Below, piece after piece: positions 7,423 through 16,266 of a stretch of DNA of 45,592 nucleotides. The stretch's first letter is position 1. Each line of letters opens with the position of its first letter. Position numbers and translations under genes: made by a program. Below the pieces are notes generated by a model. That model was not told the DNA's origin. It searched no databases and saw only the letters and a program-made list of their open reading frames with translations. Source of the DNA: a virus; IMG/VR virus record IMGVR_UViG_3300021956_000002, positions 1-45,592 of that record, one strand, 5' to 3'.

Positions 7423-8976
7423 ATGAGTAACACGGTTTACGATACGGAGTCAAGTACTAAATACAAGTTCCTACTTGTAGGGAATGAAATAAAGTTAGAA
7501 GACTCCTTTGGGGCAAGATTTAAGGTAGACAAAGTTAGAATAAAGGAACTATGTGACGAATGGGAAGTTCATGAGAAAGTAGCCGCTGAGAACATAGTGA
7601 CTATAAGAGACCATCTAAAATCTCAGAAGTCCCCTACACCTAAGAGAGAAAAAGAACTTAATAAGTGGAGTCTAGCTGAGCACTATAGGCAATGTTATTT
7701 CTTCATGACTAAGAACCAAGGAGATGGGTACTTAATCGACAGAGAAGGTTACAAACACGTAACCTTGGATAAGAGCGCAATAACTAGTGTCATAGACGAA
7801 GAAGACCCTTTCTGGTCTGAGAAATTCTTCGTAGGAAAGAAGGTTTATGACCCCTATAACAACAAACTATTATTCGATGCACATGATGGTAAGTTAGCTT
7901 ATAAAGCTATGAATACCTATTCCATACCTAGTTGGAAGATAAAGGAACCTAAAAAGGTCGATATGCACCCAGTACTAGATAAGTTCTTCAGTACTCTGTT
8001 TCCTAGACCAGAGTGTAAAGAATACGTATTAGACTGGTGTGCTACGTCTATGAGGAAGAAGAATCATTGTTACTTAGTCCTCATAGGTGAGAAGGGTGTA
8101 GGTAAAGGAATCTTCGTAAGTCTAATGGCAGGTCTACATGGTAGAGAAAACTTTGAACTTAAGAGCTCAGAACAAGCTTATGACTTCTATGATGGGGGCT
8201 TAGCAGAGAAGACCTTAGTTAACTTCGATGAAATAACTGTCATGTGTCAGACTCAATACAATTACCTAAAGACCTTTGTAAATGATTATAAAACTTATAG
8301 ACCAATGCATGGTGAGTCTTTCACAGCTAAGAACTTTGCTAACTTAATAATTACTCTTAATCCAGAATCTATAATCTCAGCCTTAGACACTAACGACAGG
8401 AGGTTTGCTATACCTATGCTAAATAATACTAAATTACTTAATACATTAACTGCCAAAGAAGTAGACATGCTAGCTAATGACGAAGAGCTCTTAGAAAACT
8501 TTGTTGCTAGTATGTATCATAGAGAAGTAGTTGGGACTATGACTGATAGATATGTGAACCAAGATAAACTACATGAAATAAGTTCTCTGGCGATGCCTTC
8601 CTATATGCAAGAATTCTTTGACTTAGTCCGCCAAGCACTACTAGACGAAGTAGACTACAAACTAGGTGATGACCCTAATAAGTACTTAGACGTCTATATC
8701 TATCACAAAGATAAGTTTAGATTAAAGAAGCCAACAGACGCACATGGTGAACCTGCTAGATATGTCATCACATGGGAGACAATCTCTAGTGCTCTTAATC
8801 AAGCTTACAAATCTAAGAACCCTGATATCGCTAAGATTACAAATTACAAGATAAGAAAGTTCTTAACTGAGCATAAGGATTGTGGAAAAATCTGCGGATA
8901 TGCCGGGAACAAGAACTTTGATATCGCAACCAACAAAGACTTACTTGCATTAGACGTAGAAGACCAGGTGGACTAA
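7423..8976 (+). CDS. SF3-type replicative NTPase (D5/P4/VirE-like helicase-primase family)
   Basis: 517 aa. Walker A LIGEKGVGKG, Walker B LVNFDE. Lies directly upstream of the DNA polymerase. Confidence 0.55.
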   Translation: MSNTVYDTESSTKYKFLLVGNEIKLEDSFGARFKVDKVRIKELCDEWEVHEKVAAENIVTIRDHLKSQKSPTPKREKELNKWSLAEHYRQCYFFMTKNQGDGYLIDREGYKHVTLDKSAITSVIDEEDPFWSEKFFVGKKVYDPYNNKLLFDAHDGKLAYKAMNTYSIPSWKIKEPKKVDMHPVLDKFFSTLFPRPECKEYVLDWCATSMRKKNHCYLVLIGEKGVGKGIFVSLMAGLHGRENFELKSSEQAYDFYDGGLAEKTLVNFDEITVMCQTQYNYLKTFVNDYKTYRPMHGESFTAKNFANLIITLNPESIISALDTNDRRFAIPMLNNTKLLNTLTAKEVDMLANDEELLENFVASMYHREVVGTMTDRYVNQDKLHEISSLAMPSYMQEFFDLVRQALLDEVDYKLGDDPNKYLDVYIYHKDKFRLKKPTDAHGEPARYVITWETISSALNQAYKSKNPDIAKITNYKIRKFLTEHKDCGKICGYAGNKNFDIATNKDLLALDVEDQVD

Positions 8977-8978
8977 TC

Positions 8979-10973
8979 ATGAAAATAATATACGTGGATA
9001 CTGAGTATCGTAAAAATGACTGTACTTGGAAATACAATGGAATCTGTGCAAGCTTTGTCTCTGGGAGTGGAGTAGAGAGCTTTGACCTCAGGGGGGATTA
9101 TAAAGAGTTCAGGAGATATTGTGACCTCATAGACTTAGATAATACAGTGATAGCAGGGTATAATATCAGTGGTGCTGAGTGTCAATTGTTTTATCAATAT
9201 CTTAATAAGGATTGGATGCTAAAGTCTAAGTGGCTAGACTTATGGACTGAGTTCAAGATGCTTAGACTAACCCACAGTGACGTCTCTAAAGCCAAAGGTG
9301 ATGGTTTGTTATACGCATTAGAGTACTTCAAGATTCCTTACACTGTAGACAAAGAAGGAACAAGGGAGATTATCCTTGGAAATACTACATATACTGATGA
9401 ACAATATACGCAGATAGTTAAATACTGCGAAGAAGATACAAAAGTATTACCAATGTTAGCTAAGGCTCTGTCTAGGTTTAGTCGATATGGGATAACTTTG
9501 GAACACAGGTTACAACGAGGGGAATATTGTAAGATAGTTGCTATGTGTCAACAAGACTTCCAAGGTCTCCAAGTAGACAAAGAACTCACATCTAAGGTGT
9601 ATGAGAACAGAGTAGAGATTAAGAATAAACTAAGCGAACGTTGTAACGAAGTAACTAAGTTTGAGATCTTTAAACCTAAGTATGTTACTGACAGTAAGAA
9701 AGTAACTTTGTCTACTAAGATTAAGATCAAGAAAGACAAAGCAGGGAAATACTCTGTAATCAAAGGAAAAGAAGAAACTAAGACTGAGAAGACTAAGATC
9801 TTAACTAAGTATGGATTTTGTAATGATAACTTTGAAGAATATATAAAGTCTGTAAACTTGTATGGTGTTTGGAAGAAGACAGAGAAGAGTAATAGATTAC
9901 TATTAGAAGATGAATACCTTGATGAAATGGTGTCGATGTATAGAGACATCTTAGCACCATTTTACCACACTCGTAACACTTTGAAACAATTAAGCTCTAG
10001 GGATTTAAGAGAGATTATGGATGACAGAGGTAACATTAGACCTGACTATTGGCCTTATCATCAAAAGACTTCGAGAACTAGCCCTAAGCCTAAACAAGGT
10101 TTTATACTAAATCTAAGTCCTTGGTTACGTATGCTTATAAGGCCTGAACCAGGTGAAGCGTTGGTTGGAATAGATTATAAGTCCCAAGAAGTCCTGGTTG
10201 CAGCTGCGTTATCAAGAGACTCTTCTATGTTAGAGGATTATCTTACTGACATCTACTTAGGCCAAGGTAAGAAAACTGGGTTTATCGTAGAAGAAGCTAC
10301 CAAGAAGACACACGGTACACAACGTGACTCCTTTAAGCCAATTACACTTGGTGTGTTCTTTGGTATGATGGCGAAGTCGTTGTCTATTCGGTTCTTTAAC
10401 TTCTGGAAAGACAGTGGTGAAACTAAGTCCATAGAAGATTGCCTAAAAGACGCAGAGAGGTTTTTACTTAGGATGCGTAAAGCTTATCCAGATTACTATG
10501 CTTTCCTTGAAAGAAACGAGAGACTCGCAGATGGGAAAGGTATCATCTTCACTAAAGACTTTTGGGCTTACTTTATTACTGAGTTTACTAAGTCTAACTC
10601 TAAGAAGAATTTACCTATGCAAGGTAATGGGGCTGCGGTTCTACGTAAGGCTCAGATACTTTGTTACAAAGAAGGAATAGCCGTAGTACCCCATCACGAT
10701 GCTTTCTATTTCAGGTGCAAAGAATCAGACGCATTAAGACTAGGCGCTATCGTCTCTAGATGTATGGTCGAAGCTAGCATTGAGATACTAGGTGAACTTG
10801 GTCGTCACATGGGGACTGAAGCCAAAGTGTATACTCATGACTTACCTTACTATGATAAACGAGGTAAGGATATGTTCGACTTTGTTTGTAAAGAATTAAG
10901 TTTTGACAATGTGTGGAGTAACGGAGTAACTAAGCATACTGAGTATAAGGACCTGCACAAGGAGATTGCTTAA
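8979..10973 (+). CDS. Family A DNA polymerase with an N-terminal 3'-5' exonuclease domain
   Basis: Exo I is YVDTEY and Exo III is YCEEDTKVL. Motif A is GIDYKSQEVLVAA, motif B is RDSFKPITLGVFFG, and motif C is VVPHHDAF. Confidence 0.85.
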   Translation: MKIIYVDTEYRKNDCTWKYNGICASFVSGSGVESFDLRGDYKEFRRYCDLIDLDNTVIAGYNISGAECQLFYQYLNKDWMLKSKWLDLWTEFKMLRLTHSDVSKAKGDGLLYALEYFKIPYTVDKEGTREIILGNTTYTDEQYTQIVKYCEEDTKVLPMLAKALSRFSRYGITLEHRLQRGEYCKIVAMCQQDFQGLQVDKELTSKVYENRVEIKNKLSERCNEVTKFEIFKPKYVTDSKKVTLSTKIKIKKDKAGKYSVIKGKEETKTEKTKILTKYGFCNDNFEEYIKSVNLYGVWKKTEKSNRLLLEDEYLDEMVSMYRDILAPFYHTRNTLKQLSSRDLREIMDDRGNIRPDYWPYHQKTSRTSPKPKQGFILNLSPWLRMLIRPEPGEALVGIDYKSQEVLVAAALSRDSSMLEDYLTDIYLGQGKKTGFIVEEATKKTHGTQRDSFKPITLGVFFGMMAKSLSIRFFNFWKDSGETKSIEDCLKDAERFLLRMRKAYPDYYAFLERNERLADGKGIIFTKDFWAYFITEFTKSNSKKNLPMQGNGAAVLRKAQILCYKEGIAVVPHHDAFYFRCKESDALRLGAIVSRCMVEASIEILGELGRHMGTEAKVYTHDLPYYDKRGKDMFDFVCKELSFDNVWSNGVTKHTEYKDLHKEIA

Positions 10974-11011
10974 TCGTATTGACTTATAATCATACATAGA
11001 TTACAACAGGA

Positions 11012-11039
11012 AAGCCCCAGGATGGGTGTCCTAGGGCTT
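11012..11039. terminator. Hairpin homologous to the hairpins upstream of both rha genes; probable terminator for the minus-strand ORF 11112..11630
   Basis: Stem aagccccagg / cctagggctt (10 bp, one mismatch), loop atgggtgt. On the minus strand it is followed by a T-rich run (tcctgttgt). Confidence 0.4.
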
Positions 11040-11062
11040 AACATAGTTTAACGAGGTATATC

Positions 11063-11110
11063 ATGGATAACATACCCTTAGTTTCCTGTCAAGTAATTTC
11101 TTCAAAGAAA
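11063..11110 (+). pseudogene. rha: 5' stub of a third rha gene (about 15 codons), inverted relative to the intact copies
   Basis: atgGataacatacccttagtttcctgtcaagtaatttcttcaaa matches the reverse complement of about 44627-44670 (start of rha copy 2) with one mismatch. It encodes MDNIPLVSCQVISSK, then diverges to a stop. Confidence 0.7.
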
Positions 11111-11111
11111 A

Positions 11112-11630
11112 CTAAATATGCCCCCAAGCTTTTAAGTTAGTAAGCAAGGTACTATGTATCGTCTTCTTCTTAGCTTCCATCATCGCAGTGACGTAGTAAG
11201 GATCTGAGTTAGTGAGACCAAAGATATCATAGAATAGTTCTATGTTGTCACTCAGTATTACTTGGTAGGTCTTATTAATTTCTTCAGAAGTACCATGTAC
11301 GTCTTTGTAATCCCAGGACTTCACTGTCTTATACAAAGTATCAAAGTTCTTTATTTGCTTACTGAGTCTAGCTATATTATACCAAAAGTCATAAACATCT
11401 TCAGCATACCTAGAACTTTGTATCTTAAGCTCTATTTCAAACTCATTGCAGAACTTAAGCTTACTTTGTACTACGTTTATATTCTTTGTCCCATTACGTA
11501 GTTCCAGGATCAGTCTTTGTAAACTAAACGGTAACATGTGTCCCCCGAATACGGAAAGTACACTAGGGAAAGGATTGTAAAACCTAGTGTACTTAGAGAT
11601 AGTAAATAATTGTAGACATTGTGTCAACAT
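11112..11630 (-). CDS. Orphan minus-strand hypothetical protein (moron-like). The true start may be the internal Met at 11537.
   Basis: 172-aa ORF, the only minus-strand gene between two plus-strand operons. The internal ATG at 11537 follows GGGGGA. I recognised no family. Confidence 0.45.
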   Translation of the reverse strand: MLTQCLQLFTISKYTRFYNPFPSVLSVFGGHMLPFSLQRLILELRNGTKNINVVQSKLKFCNEFEIELKIQSSRYAEDVYDFWYNIARLSKQIKNFDTLYKTVKSWDYKDVHGTSEEINKTYQVILSDNIELFYDIFGLTNSDPYYVTAMMEAKKKTIHSTLLTNLKAWGHI

Positions 11631-11661
11631 GTATTTATACTAGTGACAAAGGAGGATTGCT

Positions 11662-12054
11662 ATGCTAGGTAGCGATGTAATGACGTTTGAAATACCTGGA
11701 CATGAGAATAAGTTCAGTGTCGACTTACTTAACTTTGATAATTTGAATGCCCTATGGCCCTTTGCACTCAATATAATAGTAAAAATCGGAGTAGGGGAGT
11801 TCGGATTTTTCCAAGACCTAAAATCTTCAGATGTCACGAGACTCCAACAAGTACTTTGTGAGTGTATCAAAGTAGATGGTAAAAATATAGAATTAGAAGA
11901 TATTGTAACTTATCGTAAACATTTTGCACTATTCCTAGGATACATGTTAGAGCATAACTTTGGAACTTTTTCCAACCCCAAGGCGATAATAAAATTATTG
12001 ACGCTTGGGGTGAATTCAGAATCGGCAGAGAAGACAAAAAAGAAATCAAAGTAA
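11662..12054 (+). CDS. Tail assembly chaperone, short (G-like) product
   Basis: 130 aa. AAAGGAGG RBS. Lies immediately upstream of the tape measure and contains the slippery heptamer near its 3' end. Confidence 0.65.
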   Translation: MLGSDVMTFEIPGHENKFSVDLLNFDNLNALWPFALNIIVKIGVGEFGFFQDLKSSDVTRLQQVLCECIKVDGKNIELEDIVTYRKHFALFLGYMLEHNFGTFSNPKAIIKLLTLGVNSESAEKTKKKSK

Positions 12055-12170
12055 ACTTTAAGGCTATAGGTATGAAACTAAGTCAACAAGGTCTGGGTAC
12101 CTATAAAGAAATAATGAATACTTGGAATATGAAAGACTACCTAACTTTCTTGGAGTCTAACCGTGGCTGA
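11662..12170 (+). CDS. Tail assembly chaperone, -1 frameshifted long (GT-like) product, about 169 aa
   Basis: After the slip at 12036-12042 the -1 frame stays open for 42 codons (EIKVNFKAIGMKLSQQGLGTYKEIMNTWNMKDYLTFLESNRG). It stops at TGA 12168-12170, overlapping the tape-measure start. Confidence 0.55.
12036..12042 (+). promoter_or_regulatory. Programmed -1 ribosomal frameshift slippery heptamer A AAA AAG
   Basis: Zero-frame codons AAA (12037-12039) and AAG (12040-12042), giving an X XXY YYZ pattern identical to the dnaX-type heptamer. Confidence 0.6.
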
Positions 12171-13332
12171 ACCATTAGACGAACTCTTAGTTAACGTAAA
12201 ATTAGATGTAAATGACAAAGAATATGAGAAACTTAAAAAGAAAGTGGATGTATTGAAGGAGGAAGGGGCTAAGGTAAAATCCCAGGTCTCAGGTACTTCT
12301 ACATCTGACAGGTCTCCTCGAGACGTTGTTAAACTACTACAACGAAGCGAGAAGCACCTTAGTGACATAGTGAATTTACTTAAAAAGTCTAGGGGGGAAA
12401 TAATACCCGAAGACAATGTGGAAGATACAGCAAAGACTCTGGCTGTGGCGGGGGGAGCCTCGTTAGGGGGAGTAGGTGCAGCAATAGGGTTAGCTCTGTC
12501 TGGGGTAGCTGCCGGAATAGTAACCCTTATGGAGTCTCTCCAACGTAAACTAACCGACAAGTTTGAGAGGGAATTAGACCTACAGAAACTTAGTCAACAG
12601 ACGGGGAAATCTGTAGAACAACTTTATAAACTTAGTAACCAAGCTCAGTTAGCTGGGACTACATTAGGTGAAATAGTAAGCGCTGGTAAGAACCTGCAAC
12701 AAGAATTACTCTTTGGGATGAGTGAACAAAAGGCTATGATGTTAATGGCCCTAGGAATAAATCCGATTGAGATACAGAAACGTAGTCACTTTGATCCAGT
12801 AAAGATAGTAACAGATATAAATAAACAAATAGAGTCTAGAACGGGAAATGTCCCTGCTGGATTAGTGACCGCACTAAAGTCAGCCCTCGGTGTATCTGAA
12901 GGGATACAATATGGTGTTTCTCATCTTAAAGATAGAGACGTTGTAGCTAACGCACAAAGAATCTCTGAGACACGAGGAAATATAGGGTCTGATGAATGGA
13001 AACAGAACTTTGTAGAGTTTAAGACAGCGTTACTTAAAACCCAAGCAGCGATAGACAAAGCTCTCAGTACAACTTTGGTTACCCAGGCAGTCCTCAAATA
13101 CATGGACGTCAAAGCTCAAGCAGTGACTATAGTAGCTGGAAGTATAGCAGGCATAAGTGAATCTTTAACTACTCCTCAAGGTCAAGCGAATTTAAGGAAG
13201 ACAATAGGGGAAGTAGTACCTACTCAAACCTCTATGCAATCTTACACCCCAGGAGAACACTTCTCGAATGCGTGGATGCCTAAGCCTGCTACGCCCCCTA
13301 GTTCTTATGCTAAGTTCGGAGGTAGCCAATGA
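12163..13332 (+). CDS. Tail tape measure protein (short, 389 aa)
   Basis: GTG start 7 nt after GGAG. Has coiled segments and a Gly/Ala hydrophobic segment (AVAGGASLGGVGAAIGLALSGVAAGIV). Lies after the frameshifted chaperone. Confidence 0.6.
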   Translation: MAEPLDELLVNVKLDVNDKEYEKLKKKVDVLKEEGAKVKSQVSGTSTSDRSPRDVVKLLQRSEKHLSDIVNLLKKSRGEIIPEDNVEDTAKTLAVAGGASLGGVGAAIGLALSGVAAGIVTLMESLQRKLTDKFERELDLQKLSQQTGKSVEQLYKLSNQAQLAGTTLGEIVSAGKNLQQELLFGMSEQKAMMLMALGINPIEIQKRSHFDPVKIVTDINKQIESRTGNVPAGLVTALKSALGVSEGIQYGVSHLKDRDVVANAQRISETRGNIGSDEWKQNFVEFKTALLKTQAAIDKALSTTLVTQAVLKYMDVKAQAVTIVAGSIAGISESLTTPQGQANLRKTIGEVVPTQTSMQSYTPGEHFSNAWMPKPATPPSSYAKFGGSQ

Positions 13333-13913
13333 TTTCTAATTACTTCCTTAACTGGTGGTATTCACCAAGTACTAAACTAGGAATATATTTCACTGGGTTC
13401 AGTACTACCCCAACCAACCAACTACAACTAAGTTCTCAGAGTAGTTCAGGGATAGACAAAGATAATGGGCTGAGTGCCTCAATAGATGAAAACCTTATAT
13501 TGGAGAATAGGCTATCCGATTACCCAGTACAAGGAGGAAGCGTAGTAACTGATAACATAATAAAGATGCCAAAAACTTTGCAGCTGACTGGGTATCTGAC
13601 TTCACTGAAAAGCTTAGTATTACTAGGTTACTTAGACTTCAACCAACTAGGGAGCGCAGTAGAGTCTCTTATCAATGCATATGAGAATAAACTAGGCATA
13701 ACCGTTGTCACAGGATTACTCTTTGGTAAGACTTATCTTAAACTAGATAACATGGTAATACAGAGATTAGAAATACCCCGTAACAACGCTGTAGGCAAGA
13801 CTGCGATTAGATTTAATCTGACTCTCAGACAGGTATTACTAGATGATTTACCCATAGGGGCAGGAAATAGTTTCAGTAGTTCTCAACCCTATAACGGGGC
13901 ATTACCATCATGA
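13329..13913 (+). CDS. Distal tail / baseplate hub-associated protein (by synteny)
   Basis: 194 aa. ATGA-type overlap with the tape-measure gene. Confidence 0.35.
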   Translation: MISNYFLNWWYSPSTKLGIYFTGFSTTPTNQLQLSSQSSSGIDKDNGLSASIDENLILENRLSDYPVQGGSVVTDNIIKMPKTLQLTGYLTSLKSLVLLGYLDFNQLGSAVESLINAYENKLGITVVTGLLFGKTYLKLDNMVIQRLEIPRNNAVGKTAIRFNLTLRQVLLDDLPIGAGNSFSSSQPYNGALPS

Positions 13914-14278
13914 GTAGCTTTTATTTTCCATTAAGTTTTGACACCGGGACAACAGAAAGAGAAGTGACAATAAATATACAAGGTAAAAGTTACATCTTGT
14001 ACTTTAATCTTAATACGATAGAAATAAGTCCAGATTATAATAACTTCCTTTCACCCTTCAGTGAGACTGCTAATAATTTGTATATGAGCTGTTATAGTAT
14101 AAATAAGAGTATTATATACTTCGGGTCTCTTAGATGTGTTACTGACCGATACATAAACAATGTAGACAATGGACTTCCTTATAAGTTCTTCTTCATTGAT
14201 ACTTCAGGAAAGAGTTATAAGACTGTCACGTTTGACGCTATTACTAATGGCGTAAATCTTTATTGCACTGCGAGATAG
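13910..14278 (+). CDS. Baseplate-region structural protein (unknown)
   Basis: 122 aa, translationally coupled within the baseplate operon. Confidence 0.35.
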   Translation: MSSFYFPLSFDTGTTEREVTINIQGKSYILYFNLNTIEISPDYNNFLSPFSETANNLYMSCYSINKSIIYFGSLRCVTDRYINNVDNGLPYKFFFIDTSGKSYKTVTFDAITNGVNLYCTAR

Positions 14279-14279
14279 A

Positions 14280-15230
14280 ATGTACACAGGCCAACTTAAT
14301 AGAAAATATAGAATAGAATTCTTTGATATTAAGGACAATACTTTAGTGCCTTACCCTGGATATATCGATGACACATTCCAAATGCAGTTTGACTATACCG
14401 TAGGGCTACATTGCTTTAATACAGCTACATTTAATATCTACAATATAAACTCAGATACTAGGTCTTTGTTTACAGGGAATAATAGTAAAAGAGGATTTAG
14501 ACTATATACTTGGTGGTACCCTAATGCTAAGGACAACTATGTCCCTAACAAGGAGCTTATATTCCAGGGTCTTACTTACAACACAATTACAAACAGAGAC
14601 TACACAGAACTTATAACTACTGTGATTGCCTGTGACGCAGTGTTTAATCTTAATTACCCTAAACCCTCTAAGACTTTCCCTAGTGGGACTTCGGGAACAG
14701 CAATCATTAATTTCCTTACTTCGTATTACAATGGAACTATGGTCTTTGTAGGAGCTGAGTACTTGACCAAAGTGTACAAAGCACCCTTTAGTATTACTAA
14801 TAAAAGTGTTCAAGATATACTAAGTGACTTATGTTCTGACAATGCTTGTACCTTTGCTTCTTATTCTGATGGTACTTATATATTTCCAAACATATACAAT
14901 AACAGTAGTGAAATAACAATAAGTGGTGGGAACGTCAAGGAGATTAATAGATTCAATGGTATGGTATATTCTCCTAGAGTCGAAGGTGTAAGTCCTCAGC
15001 TTATGCCCATAGATTATTTCTCTCAAAAGGAAGTTAATAAGAATAACCCCTTTGTTACTGTTCACACAAAACTTCGTAAGTTTTTCCCAGGGGAATTTGT
15101 AAAATTAGGTGATGTAGGAGTATTAGAACTTAACAACAAAGTATACCAAGTTTACTCTGTAAAGTACACAGGAGACCACAGAGGTCAGAATTGGATGACT
15201 TCACTTAAATTATACCCGAGGGCAAGATGA
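14280..15230 (+). CDS. Baseplate hub protein (gpD / XkdQ-like by position)
   Basis: 316 aa, lying between the tape-measure-proximal genes and the central spike. Confidence 0.4.
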   Translation: MYTGQLNRKYRIEFFDIKDNTLVPYPGYIDDTFQMQFDYTVGLHCFNTATFNIYNINSDTRSLFTGNNSKRGFRLYTWWYPNAKDNYVPNKELIFQGLTYNTITNRDYTELITTVIACDAVFNLNYPKPSKTFPSGTSGTAIINFLTSYYNGTMVFVGAEYLTKVYKAPFSITNKSVQDILSDLCSDNACTFASYSDGTYIFPNIYNNSSEITISGGNVKEINRFNGMVYSPRVEGVSPQLMPIDYFSQKEVNKNNPFVTVHTKLRKFFPGEFVKLGDVGVLELNNKVYQVYSVKYTGDHRGQNWMTSLKLYPRAR

Positions 15231-15913
15231 GTAGCTTTACACCACAAACTCCTGAGTTTAATCCTTTCTTACCAGACAGTTTTGAACAACTAAAGAGAGC
15301 TTTGTTTTCTTTTCATAACAATATACCTAAAGTTAGTATAGGGTCTGTGTCTGCGGTGAATCAAAGTACAGTCGATGTTAAACCAAGTATACAATACTTT
15401 GACAATAATGCAGGGTTCCAGGATTACGATGTTCTCCATAGCCTTCCTGTTTTCACATTGTTTAGCTCACAGCATAGTGTTAAGTTGCCAATAAACCCTG
15501 GAGATAGTGGGTTGGTCATCTGGGTCGATAGAGAAATATACACTTGGTTATCTTCATCTTCTAGTAGCTCAGCGCCACCTGAATCTGGGACTTCACATAA
15601 TGTAAACAACGCGATCTTTATACCTTGTATAACTAAGTTCTCTAATGTAACTTTGAAGAACTCAGGGATGGAGTTTCTTAGTGCTGGGATACAATTACTA
15701 GGTGAACTTATAAGTTTAGCAACTAAATTGTCTACATTTGCTAATAGCTTAGTATCGGCAGGGACTGTGCCACCATATACCTGGACTCCTGGTGCAGGAG
15801 GTAGTGCTGTTAGCCCTACTTACCAGACCCAGGTTACGTCAGCTGCTAATCAAATGCTGACTGATATGACTCAGTCTAAAAATAACTTTACTACTTTCAA
15901 GGGACAACAGTAA
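15227..15913 (+). CDS. Baseplate central spike (gpV / Gp138 N-terminal-domain-like)
   Basis: VSAVNQSTVDVKPSIQ...LHSLPVF...INPGDSGLVIWVDREI resembles the OB-fold spike N-domain pattern (G.V...tvdVqp...lp..p...GD.vlv.f.drd). Confidence 0.5.
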   Translation: MSSFTPQTPEFNPFLPDSFEQLKRALFSFHNNIPKVSIGSVSAVNQSTVDVKPSIQYFDNNAGFQDYDVLHSLPVFTLFSSQHSVKLPINPGDSGLVIWVDREIYTWLSSSSSSSAPPESGTSHNVNNAIFIPCITKFSNVTLKNSGMEFLSAGIQLLGELISLATKLSTFANSLVSAGTVPPYTWTPGAGGSAVSPTYQTQVTSAANQMLTDMTQSKNNFTTFKGQQ

Positions 15914-16266
15914 TGGCTGACTTAAAATTAATAGAAGTAAACTCAGTCCAAGGTAAGTACTATGACTTCGTGAATCAATATGAACCAGATACCAACAATG
16001 TAATATCCCAGAAAATAAAACTAAGATTGAATACATCTAAAGGAGAATGGCAAGAAGATACTGACTTCGGGATAAATACAACCTTAGTAGTTCAAAACTC
16101 TGACAACCCAGACATCGTCGGACAGATCATAGCAGACGAAGTATTAAAGGTACCTAACGTAATAAGTGTGGACATTTCCGCAGATTCGATAGATGATAGT
16201 ACCAGACAGTACTCTCTCGGTATCTCAGCTAAGACGAGTACCTCTCTCATTAGCGTGAGGATATAA
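15913..16266 (+). CDS. Baseplate wedge protein, gpW/gp25-like
   Basis: 117 aa. The size and its position between the spike and the J-like protein fit this call. Contains a GEWQEDTDFGI motif. Confidence 0.5.
   Translation: MADLKLIEVNSVQGKYYDFVNQYEPDTNNVISQKIKLRLNTSKGEWQEDTDFGINTTLVVQNSDNPDIVGQIIADEVLKVPNVISVDISADSIDDSTRQYSLGISAKTSTSLISVRI

Noticed and set aside
7371-7423. Weak hairpin tctagg-N13-cctaga between the HTH gene and the NTPase gene, as a possible terminator or attenuator.
   Set aside because: It has only a 6-bp stem, a large loop and no U-tract, which is below what I would call from sequence alone.
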